NCBI GenBank assembly: GCA_016839945.1
Contig: JAEOTE010000007.1
Span: 21,959-85,958 of the forward strand
Reading direction: 5' to 3'
Source of the DNA: Candidatus Heimdallarchaeota archaeon
GTDB lineage: Archaea > Asgardarchaeota > Heimdallarchaeia > Heimdallarchaeales > Heimdallarchaeaceae
Length of the DNA stretch: 64,000 nucleotides
Shown: positions 39,181 through 49,437 of the stretch, one piece after another
How positions within the stretch are numbered: position 1 is the first letter of the stretch
Layout of the letters: each line of letters starts with the position of its first letter
Notes under the pieces: generated by a model
Databases searched by the model: none
What the model was told of the DNA's origin: nothing
What the model saw: the letters and a program-made list of their open reading frames with translations, nothing else
Position numbers and translations under genes: made by a program

Positions 39181-41136
39181 TCATAAAATACTTCCTCCTA
39201 CATAGTATAACACAAATGTCAACAATATTACGAAAATGAATAGAGCTGCTAATTGAAGTTGTTTTCTTAACGAAGCTTGCTCAAGCTTAAGGAAAAATTT
39301 AGAAGTATTTACAAAAATTTTCTTGATAAATGGTCTTATATAATCAGTTAATGAAATTGAGATAGCAGAAATAATTTTAGAGATAAATTTGATAATATTT
39401 TTTGCAGCAATTTGATACAAAAATCCTGCAATGATGATATCATATGTCCAAACTGAGAGAGGTTTTATTATATTTAACCAAAACCAACTAGATGCATAGA
39501 ATATAAAATCAAAGTAATATATGGATCTAATTGTTTTTCTTGCAGGCGCAAAGAAATTAAGTATTTTCTTATTCAGATCTGCTAAGAATTTTGAACTTAT
39601 AAAATACAAAAGCAAGATTACAAAGTAAGAAACTATAAGTGGGATTACTGAGATAAGATAATCGCTAGCTAGCAAAATTATAACTGGAGCTATTGAATTT
39701 TGCAAGAAGAAAGTTGGGAAAAATGCACTTGTTAAGATGAGTATTAAAACAAGGGAGATAATTGTAAACTTATGATTAGAGCTTAATACCATTTCGTTCC
39801 TTTTCTTCCAAATCCTTCTTAAGAAAATCAAACAAATGAAGAAAACTATAACAAGTGTTAGAAGCCCTCCAGACAATAATCCTATTGGTGCTAAAAGATT
39901 TGTTGAATAGAAGGAATATGTAAGAGTGACTAAAACACTATTGAATGGAATTACGCCTAACAAAGGAAGCAGTGCTAGAACAATCGCTGAAAAAATAATC
40001 AATAAGCTGGAAATACCAGATTTAGCATTTTCTAATTTTTTATTTTCATTGATTTTTACTTGGATTGAAATAAGTATTAAGAGGATTCCAAAAACAAAAG
40101 GAAGTAGTGTCAATTGGTGAAGCGCAGCTGAATATAGTCCAGATCCTATAGAAAAGAAGATCAATCCTATAAATGAAGATTGTAGGAGATATATAATGTC
40201 ATATCCTTCGTTCAGAAAAACAGCTACAATTACTGAAAAAAGAGCTATGGCTAAACCAAACCAAATAATGAAGTTTCTAATAATATACATAATGTGAATA
40301 AATGGAGTACCGAAGAGAGTGAATAGCGAAAAGAGCATATAGATATTTAGTATTAGGAATAGCCATTCGTTATTCCCTTTACAAACTTCAGATTTCCAGT
40401 TATGAAATGGGAAAAGGGAGCATTTTATTATTATTCCTATAAGAAGCAAAATACAGAGGTTTCTAAAATAAGGATTTGAAAGTATAAATTTGAATATAAT
40501 GTCGTTATTGATTACTGAGAAATCAAAGGAATGAGACCTTCGAATTAATAATGCAATAGAGATGAATATAAAGATGTTTCCAAGAATGAAAGAAAAAACT
40601 AATGACTTGATTTTGTTCTTCTTCTGTTTTTGATCAAAAGTAGTTGAGAAATTAACGAAATCAATTATTAAAACATCTAGAACAAGATAAATTGCTAGAA
40701 ATTGTAGAAAATTAGGAGAAAAAATGAGAAGAATACCTATTGTAAAAATAAGAAATACTCTCTCCAAATGTTTTATCTCAAGTTTAGGATTGTTCAAAGC
40801 TAAGTAATTTAAAATAAAAGGGAGAGCTAAGAAAATTGTTGCATAAAAAACAACTTGAATCAAATCGATTCTAAAGCCAAACTCAATATTATATTGCTGA
40901 GATTCATAAAACTGAAAGATTGACAAAGGTTCTATTGTTGTCGTAAAATATGTATAAAGAAAGTATGAGACAAAGCTGATAGTAATTATTAGACTACAAA
41001 TCATATATGAATACAGGTAAAATTTCTTAAGCTTTTCACCATCAAAAAAGAATTTCAATAAAGTTATTCTTAAGATTGGGAATAACAAGAATAGACAAAT
41101 TTGGATTGTTAAAAGCAAGGCACTAATACTTATCAT
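39181..41136 (-). CDS. Complex-I NuoL / MrpA-like proton-conducting membrane transporter subunit, divergent
   Basis: At 651 aa and ~18 TM, LFPFHNWKSE (H-x-W) and YLLQSSFIGLIFFSIG (AYSSI.H.G-like) are present. Confidence 0.4.
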   Translation of the reverse strand: MISISALLLTIQICLFLLFPILRITLLKFFFDGEKLKKFYLYSYMICSLIITISFVSYFLYTYFTTTIEPLSIFQFYESQQYNIEFGFRIDLIQVVFYATIFLALPFILNYLALNNPKLEIKHLERVFLIFTIGILLIFSPNFLQFLAIYLVLDVLIIDFVNFSTTFDQKQKKNKIKSLVFSFILGNIFIFISIALLIRRSHSFDFSVINNDIIFKFILSNPYFRNLCILLLIGIIIKCSLFPFHNWKSEVCKGNNEWLFLILNIYMLFSLFTLFGTPFIHIMYIIRNFIIWFGLAIALFSVIVAVFLNEGYDIIYLLQSSFIGLIFFSIGSGLYSAALHQLTLLPFVFGILLILISIQVKINENKKLENAKSGISSLLIIFSAIVLALLPLLGVIPFNSVLVTLTYSFYSTNLLAPIGLLSGGLLTLVIVFFICLIFLRRIWKKRNEMVLSSNHKFTIISLVLILILTSAFFPTFFLQNSIAPVIILLASDYLISVIPLIVSYFVILLLYFISSKFLADLNKKILNFFAPARKTIRSIYYFDFIFYASSWFWLNIIKPLSVWTYDIIIAGFLYQIAAKNIIKFISKIISAISISLTDYIRPFIKKIFVNTSKFFLKLEQASLRKQLQLAALFIFVILLTFVLYYVGGSIL

Positions 41137-41401
41137 CTGTCATTCCTTCTTTTTTTAATGAGAATAATAGTTGATCTCTAAAAACAAAAATGAATATTAT
41201 CGAAAAAGCAACTAAACCAAGAATCACTAGAATAAAACTTTCAGCAGTAAAATTGACGCTAGAAATAATGAGTATTCCTGAAAGAAATATCAATAAAAAT
41301 CCGAATATTAACCTGAATTTTGTTTTAAAAAATAGCATTAGTAAAATGCCTAAAACAAAACAAATGAATGATATTGCAATTACATAATTCAGGAATACCA
41401 A
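41123..41401 (-). CDS. Small 3-TM membrane protein (possibly MrpC/NuoK-like)
   Basis: 92 aa with three hydrophobic helices, overlapping both neighbours within the operon. No firm motif was found. Confidence 0.25.
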   Translation of the reverse strand: MVFLNYVIAISFICFVLGILLMLFFKTKFRLIFGFLLIFLSGILIISSVNFTAESFILVILGLVAFSIIFIFVFRDQLLFSLKKEGMTDDKY

Positions 41402-42084
41402 GATTCTTCAGCTCTTTTTTGATTGTTTGACCTAAAATCTAATGCAAGATAAATTGACATAATGATTAAGAAAACTAGTATAATAATTGAAAAAATAATT
41501 AGATTATTATTTTTGTCAAAAATATCAATTAACGAGTCTCCTTCAATCCAGACATTGAAAAATCCAGCAGATGAAGAAAATAAGATACTACATATGAGAA
41601 TTACTGGAATAATCACTAATCCTAGTATTATCAAGTTAATGAAAAAATCAAGAGTGATTTTCGAGGTTTTCTTATCTTTGACTGGTTGTTCTTTAAATAG
41701 AGAATAAATTCCAACAGATAGAAAAAGTATGTAGGAAAAGACTAAAGTTGCATAAAACATTATTTTTTGATTAAAAGACAGAAAAATAAAAGAGAAAGAA
41801 ATGAAGGCGAATAACAACAATAAAGATCTATTCTTAGATTGTAACAATAATGCTCGTAAAGTAAAACTTATTCCGAAAATTGATCCAAAGTAAAAGAATA
41901 GATCTTCTCCATTTATTACGAATAAAATAATCATTACAACAAGAGAAATAATTAATGAACTCTTAATGATGAGCCAATATTTCTTTTTTAATTTTGTTAA
42001 GTTTGGAATCACTATAATTAGAATCAATAAAAATCCACATATCGACACTAGTAATGTGGAGAGATCAAGCAAGATTCCAAACAT
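41389..42084 (-). CDS. Polytopic membrane protein (6-7 TM), unknown; possibly an accessory subunit of the antiporter-like module
   Basis: A hydrophobic 231-aa protein within the operon, with no recognisable motifs. Confidence 0.3.
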   Translation of the reverse strand: MFGILLDLSTLLVSICGFLLILIIVIPNLTKLKKKYWLIIKSSLIISLVVMIILFVINGEDLFFYFGSIFGISFTLRALLLQSKNRSLLLLFAFISFSFIFLSFNQKIMFYATLVFSYILFLSVGIYSLFKEQPVKDKKTSKITLDFFINLIILGLVIIPVILICSILFSSSAGFFNVWIEGDSLIDIFDKNNNLIIFSIIILVFLIIMSIYLALDFRSNNQKRAEESWYS

Positions 42085-42140
42085 TTCAAACCATAAAAGT
42101 ATAAAGAAAAGAAGGATAAAAACCTTTAGGAATCTTGTTA

Positions 42141-42935
42141 TCAGGAATTAGGTTTTCTTTTCTTCCGTTTCTTAAATTTGTTAAATATTAGAAAGGTTAT
42201 GGTTACAATCATCAGGAAACTTATAGTATTGCTGAAAAAGCTTGTCTCCAAAAGTTCCTCGATTAAATTGCTTGAAGTAAATAGTGGAACTGAAATGTTA
42301 TAACCTGGGAAACCTGGCATTTCTGGGTAAAGAGGATTATCGTCTCCAAAAGTTGTGAAGTTACCTAAAGTATAATTTAGACCATAATCTATTCTATACT
42401 GAAGATTTGCACCTGTATATTTTGTTAGATTTACATAATAAATTGGAGTGTTAAAATCTAATACAGAGGCATAAGAAGAATAATCAGGATCAGGATAGTA
42501 TAGTACTTCCCACTTTGCTGGGGATCCGTCAGGTATTCTTAATCTCCATCTTGCATTGACTGTAATTTTATATAAATTGATTTGTGCTGTAGTATAGTTT
42601 AGATGTGATGTATCAACAAAAGTGTTACCATAAAAGCCATAGTAAACATCTGTTTCTTCATCTTCGTCTGTATCCAAACCAAGTAAACCAAAATATAGGT
42701 TTGGTCTTTCATATCCTCCTACTGATTCATTCAAACCCATTTCTTCTCTTTCATTAGGTCCAATGATTATAAATCTGTTTTCGTCACCCGTAACTCTCAT
42801 ATGGCCTTCGAAATCCCAGATGTCTTCCTCTTCTTCGTCTTCTTGAGCATAGGAAATTAAAGATACAGCACTGAACATTGACACTATCATAATTGTTGAT
42901 AAGAAAATACTAAGCCATATTATCTTTGTTTTCAT
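42141..42935 (-). CDS. Secreted/cell-surface protein with N-terminal signal peptide, many N-glycosylation sequons and a C-terminal TM helix plus KR-rich tail (sorting-signal-like), paralog B
   Basis: The signal peptide is MKTKIIWLSIFLSTIMIVSMFSAVSLISYA. The C-terminus reads ...ISFLMIVTITFLIFNKFKKRKKRKPNS. It shares the GNFTTFGDDNPLYPEMPGF block with the upstream paralog. Confidence 0.55.
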   Translation of the reverse strand: MKTKIIWLSIFLSTIMIVSMFSAVSLISYAQEDEEEEDIWDFEGHMRVTGDENRFIIIGPNEREEMGLNESVGGYERPNLYFGLLGLDTDEDEETDVYYGFYGNTFVDTSHLNYTTAQINLYKITVNARWRLRIPDGSPAKWEVLYYPDPDYSSYASVLDFNTPIYYVNLTKYTGANLQYRIDYGLNYTLGNFTTFGDDNPLYPEMPGFPGYNISVPLFTSSNLIEELLETSFFSNTISFLMIVTITFLIFNKFKKRKKRKPNS

Positions 42936-43759
42936 CTTTTTCTCCTCCTTTTCGTGTAAACAAGCGTATAAATTGCAATGATAGTTGAAAACGATATTAT
43001 AACAGACAAAAATGGAAAACCAACGCTAAAACTATGAGTTCGTGGTAAAGATGAACGTTCAACGTTTTCTGCTACAGTTAAATTATAAAATGGCCATTCA
43101 TATGCAGTTGTGTTTCTTTCATTAGTGAATGCAGGTAATGGATTCTCTGGTCCATATGTTGTAAAATTACCATTGACAAGAGTACCATCTTCATAAATTA
43201 TTTGCCAAAAACCAACAGGGCCTACAACCAGTGTAAAATCAACTAAATGAACTGGGAATCTTAAATCCGAACCAGTCCAGATTTCTGGTAAAGTTACAAG
43301 TGGTGAATCTAATTTATCTACAATTTGGTCATAGATATCTTGAGTTTTATTATCAAAAGTACCTACATTTGCAGGTGTTATATCCTTCCATTCTAATCCA
43401 CTTGCTTCATTAATAGCAAAACTATAATTACCTCCATTTCCTTGAACTTTTGTTTCTTCAAAGAAATCGGAGAAACTGGGAGCATTTCTGATCGATTGTA
43501 TTCCATAGAGAGCCACTATAATATCTACAAGGCCATCATCAGTTTGATCTAAAGCATACACAAAAGTGCGAATTCTAAAAGGATCCTCGATCAAACTTGG
43601 GATTGCAATTTGACGGTGTTTTGGGTAATGTCTTACACCAGTATATGCCCATTCAATTTCGTCATACAATCCTGCTTGCAAATTGGGTGTAATAAAGAAC
43701 ATTGGTACCATTAGTGAAAAAATTATTATTGAACACATTATTTTGGATAATCTCAACAT
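42932..43759 (-). CDS. Secreted/cell-surface protein, paralog A of the downstream gene, with signal peptide and C-terminal TM plus KR tail
   Basis: The signal peptide is MCSIIIFSLMVPMFFITPNLQA. The C-terminus reads ...FPFLSVIISFSTIIAIYTLVYTKRRRKR. The block VNGNFTTYGPENPLPAF matches paralog B. There is a 4-nt overlap with the next gene. Confidence 0.55.
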   Translation of the reverse strand: MLRLSKIMCSIIIFSLMVPMFFITPNLQAGLYDEIEWAYTGVRHYPKHRQIAIPSLIEDPFRIRTFVYALDQTDDGLVDIIVALYGIQSIRNAPSFSDFFEETKVQGNGGNYSFAINEASGLEWKDITPANVGTFDNKTQDIYDQIVDKLDSPLVTLPEIWTGSDLRFPVHLVDFTLVVGPVGFWQIIYEDGTLVNGNFTTYGPENPLPAFTNERNTTAYEWPFYNLTVAENVERSSLPRTHSFSVGFPFLSVIISFSTIIAIYTLVYTKRRRKR

Positions 43760-43896
43760 CTTTCCTCCAAATCAACTCTCTACAACTAAGGTTTAAGTGA
43801 CATTTATAAAGATTATTGAATTGAGTAGATAATAGGATTAGCGTTGTTTCATCATAACTCTTAAATCGTTTAAAAAAATCCTTGAACTAGGAACCC

Positions 43897-45711
43897 ATGT
43901 CTTGGCTTGAAAAAAGAAAACGAACACATTCCGCTAGAAAAATATTTGGGGTTATCTTTCCATATATTTCTAAAAGGAAATTGTTTTTTACTTTTGTTGG
44001 CATAGTTTCTTTTCTTGCTGCAGGAATCGGATTAGCTACTCCTCTACTAATCAGAGAAGCCATTAACACAGCGATTCCACAAGAAAAAATTGGATTAGTA
44101 TGGATTATTGGTGGTAGTATTTTTGTTGCAGCATTAATAGGAGGAGTAATGGTATTTCTCTCTAGATTTTATGCATCGCTTTTTGCACAGAAAGTTATAT
44201 TCGAATTAAGAAATGATATCTACGAAATTTTGCAGCAATTAAGTCTTGATTTCTTTGATGATGAGAATACAGGACAAATTATGACAAGAGTTACTACAGA
44301 TCTTAATGCCATACAGTCATTTGTAAGTTTCACAGTTCGTTTGATCATGAATGGGATTATAATGTTTGTTGGAGCTTATATTGCGATGCTAATCATGAGC
44401 TGGAAGCTAGGATTGATTCTTGTTGCATTATTTCCTGGTTTTATATGGTTGATTTATTGGTTCAGCAAAAACGTGAGACCTTTATTTTATCAAGCAAGAA
44501 GACAGTTTGGAGATGTAACTTCAATCCTTCAAGAAAATGTAACAGGAGCACATGTTGTTAGAGGATTTGCTCAAGAAGAAAATGAAATCGCTAAGTTTGA
44601 TAATTCCAATACGATATATAGAGATTTAAGAATTAAAACACAAGTATATCGTGCAATCTACTTCTCAATTATGACTTTATTAATTGGTGTTGGAACAACT
44701 TTAGTTCTTGTTGTTGGTGGAATAGCTACAATTAATAACCAGATGGAGCTAGGAGATTTTATTGCTTTTATAGCATATTTAGCATTATTACCAGGTCCAA
44801 CAAGGCAGCTTACATGGTTAGTGGGAATCATTCAGAGAGCTTTAGCAAGTGGAGATCGAATAATAGAGTTAATTGAAGCTAAAAAAGAAGTTCAAGAAGA
44901 TCCGAATGCAATTGAACCACCAACATTCAAAGGAAAAATATCTTATGAAGAAGTATCGTTTGAGTATGATAAAGGAAGACCTATTTTATCAGATTTGAGT
45001 ATAACGATACCATCGAGTCAGAAAATTGTTATTCTTGGAGGTACAGGAAGTGGAAAAAGTAGTTTTGTTAATTTACTTTCGCGTTTTTATGATCCTACTT
45101 ATGGTATAATCAAAATCGATGATGTTGATATTAAGAAATATAAATTGAAAAAAATGAGAAGACAAATAGGTTTGGTTCTCCAAGAAACATACTTGTTTAA
45201 TGCAACAATTAAGGAGAATATAGCTTTTGGAAAGCCAGATGCAAGTGATGAAGAAATCATAGAAGCTGCAAAAACTGCTAAGATATATGATTTTATTGCT
45301 AGCTTACCAGATGAATATGAAACAAGAGTGGGAGATAGAGGGATCACATTAAGCGGTGGTCAAAAACAACGTCTTTCAATAGCTAGAACATTACTTACTA
45401 ATCCTTCAATCTTGATTTTTGATGATTCAACTGCTTCAGTTGATGCAGAAACAGAAGCACATATACAAGAAGCATTGGATATTCTAAGTAAAGGAAGAAC
45501 TACAATAATTATATCACAAAGAATTTCTTCTGTTCATTATGCTGATAGAATTCTTGTTTTCGAGGAAGGTAAAATAGTTCAAGATGGCAATCATGATGAC
45601 TTAATCAGTAGTGTAGGTATTTATCAAGAGATATACAGAACTCTTGCTGAGAGTATGCAGAAAGTGAGTGATACTATAGATACAAAAGAAGTTGTAAGAG
45701 GTGATGATTAA
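43897..45711 (+). CDS. ABC exporter, fused TMD-NBD half transporter (heterodimer subunit 1)
   Basis: A 6-TM N-terminal domain, then Walker A GGTGSGKSS, signature LSGGQKQRLSIAR, Walker B ILIFDDSTASVD and an H-loop. Confidence 0.85.
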   Translation: MSWLEKRKRTHSARKIFGVIFPYISKRKLFFTFVGIVSFLAAGIGLATPLLIREAINTAIPQEKIGLVWIIGGSIFVAALIGGVMVFLSRFYASLFAQKVIFELRNDIYEILQQLSLDFFDDENTGQIMTRVTTDLNAIQSFVSFTVRLIMNGIIMFVGAYIAMLIMSWKLGLILVALFPGFIWLIYWFSKNVRPLFYQARRQFGDVTSILQENVTGAHVVRGFAQEENEIAKFDNSNTIYRDLRIKTQVYRAIYFSIMTLLIGVGTTLVLVVGGIATINNQMELGDFIAFIAYLALLPGPTRQLTWLVGIIQRALASGDRIIELIEAKKEVQEDPNAIEPPTFKGKISYEEVSFEYDKGRPILSDLSITIPSSQKIVILGGTGSGKSSFVNLLSRFYDPTYGIIKIDDVDIKKYKLKKMRRQIGLVLQETYLFNATIKENIAFGKPDASDEEIIEAAKTAKIYDFIASLPDEYETRVGDRGITLSGGQKQRLSIARTLLTNPSILIFDDSTASVDAETEAHIQEALDILSKGRTTIIISQRISSVHYADRILVFEEGKIVQDGNHDDLISSVGIYQEIYRTLAESMQKVSDTIDTKEVVRGDD

Positions 45712-47519
45712 TGGGTTGGTTACTTCATTACATGGCAAGAGAAGAAGAAGAGCGTGAAAGGAAATATTCAGACTGGACTCTTTTTAAAAGAGTTTTTGGT
45801 ATGTTTAGATATTATAAAACTGAAGCTGCAGCTGTAGCTGCTATTGTTTTAACTGCATCACTTTTTTCTTCCTTAATTCCTATACTCATGCAAAGAACAA
45901 TCGATTATTTCATACAACCTGGAACAAAGGATTTTGTAAATGAATTAATGATTATGGGTGGGTTATATCTTCTATTCATCATACTAAACTTTGTACTCAT
46001 TTTAACTAGAACTATTTTCTTTGCAAAGCTAGGACAAAAAATGATCTATAGAATAAGAAATGATGTTTTTACTAAATTACAATATCTTTCATTTGACTAT
46101 TTCACTGAAACAGAATCTGGTAGAACAATTTCTAAAGTTACAAATGATGTAGATGCACTTGGTGAACTATTAACTACTGGAATAATAGATATTTTTGCTG
46201 ATTTTTTTGGGTTAATTTGGATATTAGTGATAATGTTTCTTTATGATATTCAAATGACACTTCTGACATTTACAGTTATACCAATACTCCTTATTATTGC
46301 AATTTTCTTTCAGAAAAGAGTCAGAGCTGCTTATCGAAGAACAAGAGTTGCAATTGCAAAAGTTACTGCTAACTTACAAGAAACAATTTCAGGTGTTAGA
46401 GTGACTAAGGCTTTATCTAGAGAAGGGGAAAATATTGAAAGGTTCAGGGATCTGAATCAAGAGAATTTTGCGGCCAATGTTCAGGCTGCAGGAGTATCCT
46501 CTCTTTTCATGCCTATTATACAAATAATTGCAGCCCTAGGAAGTACAATAGTCATTATATTTGGAGGATATGCTGTAATCTCTCTTGGTACTATAACCTA
46601 TGGTGAACTTTACGCATTTTTAGAGTACTCAAATAGATTCTTTATGCCTGTGATAAGTTTATTCACGTTTTACACAATCATTCAATCAGGTTTCGCAGCA
46701 GCAGAAAGAATCTTTGAAATAGTAGATGAGGAACCAAGTGTAAAAAATCACTCTAATCCATTCAAACCAAAAGAAATAAACGGTCATTTGGAACTACATT
46801 CAGTTGACTTTAGATATCAAGAAAATGTCCCTGTATTAAAGAACATCAATTTGGTCATAAATCAAGGAGAGAGCATAGCTTTAGTTGGTCAAACAGGAGC
46901 TGGAAAAACGACGATTACGAAGCTCTTATCTCGTTACTATGATGTTTCTGAAGGAGAAGTTCTAGTGGATGGAAGGGATATAAAAGAAATAGACTTGGAG
47001 ATATTAAGAAAAAACATAGCGATTGTTCCCCAAGATGTTTACTTATTCAGTGGAACGATTATGGAGAATCTCAAGTTTGGGAAGAAAGAAGCAATGGATG
47101 ATGAGGTTTTCGATGTTTGTTTAATCTTGGGATTGCATGATTATATTCTAAGACTTCCAGAAGGATATGAGACAGATGTAAAAGAAGGCGGGTCTAGATT
47201 GTCATTAGGACAAAGGCAACTTATATCCCTTGCAAGAGCTGTTGTAGCTGATCCAAGTATTTTGATTCTTGATGAATGTAGTAGTTCTGTCGATCCCATT
47301 ACAGAAGCTTTAATTCAAAAAGGAATAAATTTCATTCTCAAGGAGAGAACATCAATAATCATAGCCCATAGACTTTCAACTATCAAAAATGCTTCCAAAA
47401 TTGTAGTTCTAGAAGATGGGGAGATTATTGAAGAGGGAACACATGAAAAATTACTTTTAAAGAAAGGAAAATATTATGATCTTTATGAGACACAGCTTAC
47501 TAGTAACATAATTAACTAA
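45711..47519 (+). CDS. ABC exporter, fused TMD-NBD half transporter (heterodimer subunit 2, degenerate-site partner)
   Basis: A 6-TM N-terminal domain, then Walker A GQTGAGKTT, signature LSLGQRQLISLAR, Walker B ILILDECSSSVD. There is a 1-nt overlap with subunit 1. Confidence 0.85.
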   Translation: MGWLLHYMAREEEERERKYSDWTLFKRVFGMFRYYKTEAAAVAAIVLTASLFSSLIPILMQRTIDYFIQPGTKDFVNELMIMGGLYLLFIILNFVLILTRTIFFAKLGQKMIYRIRNDVFTKLQYLSFDYFTETESGRTISKVTNDVDALGELLTTGIIDIFADFFGLIWILVIMFLYDIQMTLLTFTVIPILLIIAIFFQKRVRAAYRRTRVAIAKVTANLQETISGVRVTKALSREGENIERFRDLNQENFAANVQAAGVSSLFMPIIQIIAALGSTIVIIFGGYAVISLGTITYGELYAFLEYSNRFFMPVISLFTFYTIIQSGFAAAERIFEIVDEEPSVKNHSNPFKPKEINGHLELHSVDFRYQENVPVLKNINLVINQGESIALVGQTGAGKTTITKLLSRYYDVSEGEVLVDGRDIKEIDLEILRKNIAIVPQDVYLFSGTIMENLKFGKKEAMDDEVFDVCLILGLHDYILRLPEGYETDVKEGGSRLSLGQRQLISLARAVVADPSILILDECSSSVDPITEALIQKGINFILKERTSIIIAHRLSTIKNASKIVVLEDGEIIEEGTHEKLLLKKGKYYDLYETQLTSNIIN

Positions 47520-47582
47520 CACATAGTTCTATTCATTACAAAATCTTTTTTACTATACTTTTTCTTTGAATAGTAGATATAA

Positions 47583-49433
47583 ATGGCTAAATTATCTGAA
47601 TTAACTGCAAATGAAGATAAAAGAGTTTTATGTTTAGGAAACGAAGCAATTGCTAGAGGAGCTATTGAAGCTGGAGTTCAAGTGTTTGCTGCTTATCCTG
47701 GAACTCCTAGCAGTGAAATAAGTATGGCACTTAATGCAGCTGCACCAGAACTCGGTTTTTATGCTGAATGGAGCACAAATGAAAAAGTAGCAATGGAGGT
47801 AGCTTTTGCAGCATCTATAAGTGGAATCAGAGCAATGACTGCTTGTAAACATGTTGGTTTGAATGTTGCTGCTGATGTTTTTTATTCCTTCATGTATATG
47901 GGATGTAAAGGTGGATTTGTAACAGTAGTAGGAGATGATCCTCATTGCTTCAGTAGTCAAAATGAACAAGATTCAAGATGGTTAGGTGTATCAGCAAACT
48001 TTCCAATTATTGAACCATCTAATCCTCATGAAGCAAAAGAATTTACAAAACTAGCTTTCGAAATTAGTGAAAAATTTGAAATTCCAATGTTACTTAGATC
48101 AACTACAAGAATTTCGCATGCTAGAGCAGATGTTCAATTTAACAAATATGAATCAAATTTCAAAGATGGAGAATTTGAAAAAACCTCTCGATTTAAGTGC
48201 TTACCTGCGATAGCTAGAGCAAATCATCCTAAATTATTGGAAAAAATTGAAAAAATCAAAGAATGGATTCCTGAGAGTGGTCTAACAGTAGTTGAAGACT
48301 GTTCCGATAATAAATTTGGTATAATAACTTCAGGAATATCATATGCGTATGTCAAGGATGCGTTAAAGGAATTGAAATTAGATGTATCCATTTTGAAACT
48401 AGGTATGGTTTCTCCACTTGATGAGGAATCAATTATTAAATTTTCAAAAGATAAAGAAAATATTATTTTCATAGAGGAAGTTGATCCATACCTAGAGGAC
48501 AGAATATCAGCATTATTAATTCAGAATAATTTGTATCCAAAAATACATGGAAAGTGTTCTGGAGCAACTAAACGTTATCATGAATTGAATTATAGAATTG
48601 TAGCAGAAGCTCTATCGAAAATAATAGGAGGAGAAATCCCATCAGTTGCCGAAATAGAGGAAGCAGTTGAAGGAACTAAAGAATTTATTCCATTCAGACC
48701 TCCTTTATTCTGTGCAGGTTGTCAACATAGAGCTGCATTTTATGAACTTTCCAAAGTTGTTAGAAAGAATAATGGTATTTTCTCGTCAGATATTGGTTGT
48801 TATTCCTTGGATCCTTGGGTAACAGATACAATTGTCTGCATGGGGGCTTCTATTGGAATGGCAAATGGTTTCGCTCGAGTGATAAAGGATAAACCCATTT
48901 TTGCGATAATTGGAGATTCTACATTCTTCCATACAGGTCTTCCTGCTTTAGCAAATGCAGTATATCATAAAGCAAATTTCAATATTTTAATTTTAGATAA
49001 CAGGATGACTGCAATGACAGGTTTCCAACCGAATCCTACTGAAAGTATTCCCATAGAAGATGTAGTTAAAGGAATGGGAGTAGAATATATAGTTGAGTTT
49101 GATCCTTATGATTTCGAAAATGGAAAAAAAACAATCGAAGAAGCTCTGAAGCATGAAGGTCCCACCGTTATAATCATGAGAAAAATATGTGCTAATGAGT
49201 GGTGGAGAACGCAAAGAAGGAAGGGTGAGAAGATTGAAGTTTATTCAATTGATCCAGAAATATGCATTGCTTGTGGTACATGCATAGTGCAATATCAATG
49301 TCCAGCAATTTCATGGAGTTTGGATACCAATACAAAAGGGAAAAAATATTCTGTCATAGATCCTTCAATGTGTACTGGATGTTCAGTTTGTTCTCAAATA
49401 TGTCCTGTAAAAGCAATTTCAAAGGTAGAGTGA
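47583..49433 (+). CDS. iorA: Indolepyruvate:ferredoxin oxidoreductase alpha subunit
   Basis: The N-terminus reads LCLGNEAIARGAIEAGVQVFAAYPGTPSSEI. TPP-binding GDSTFFHTG is present. Two C-terminal 4Fe-4S motifs read CIACGTCIVQYQCP and CTGCSVCSQICP. Length is ~616 aa. Confidence 0.8.
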   Translation: MAKLSELTANEDKRVLCLGNEAIARGAIEAGVQVFAAYPGTPSSEISMALNAAAPELGFYAEWSTNEKVAMEVAFAASISGIRAMTACKHVGLNVAADVFYSFMYMGCKGGFVTVVGDDPHCFSSQNEQDSRWLGVSANFPIIEPSNPHEAKEFTKLAFEISEKFEIPMLLRSTTRISHARADVQFNKYESNFKDGEFEKTSRFKCLPAIARANHPKLLEKIEKIKEWIPESGLTVVEDCSDNKFGIITSGISYAYVKDALKELKLDVSILKLGMVSPLDEESIIKFSKDKENIIFIEEVDPYLEDRISALLIQNNLYPKIHGKCSGATKRYHELNYRIVAEALSKIIGGEIPSVAEIEEAVEGTKEFIPFRPPLFCAGCQHRAAFYELSKVVRKNNGIFSSDIGCYSLDPWVTDTIVCMGASIGMANGFARVIKDKPIFAIIGDSTFFHTGLPALANAVYHKANFNILILDNRMTAMTGFQPNPTESIPIEDVVKGMGVEYIVEFDPYDFENGKKTIEEALKHEGPTVIIMRKICANEWWRTQRRKGEKIEVYSIDPEICIACGTCIVQYQCPAISWSLDTNTKGKKYSVIDPSMCTGCSVCSQICPVKAISKVE

Positions 49434-49437
49434 TAAA

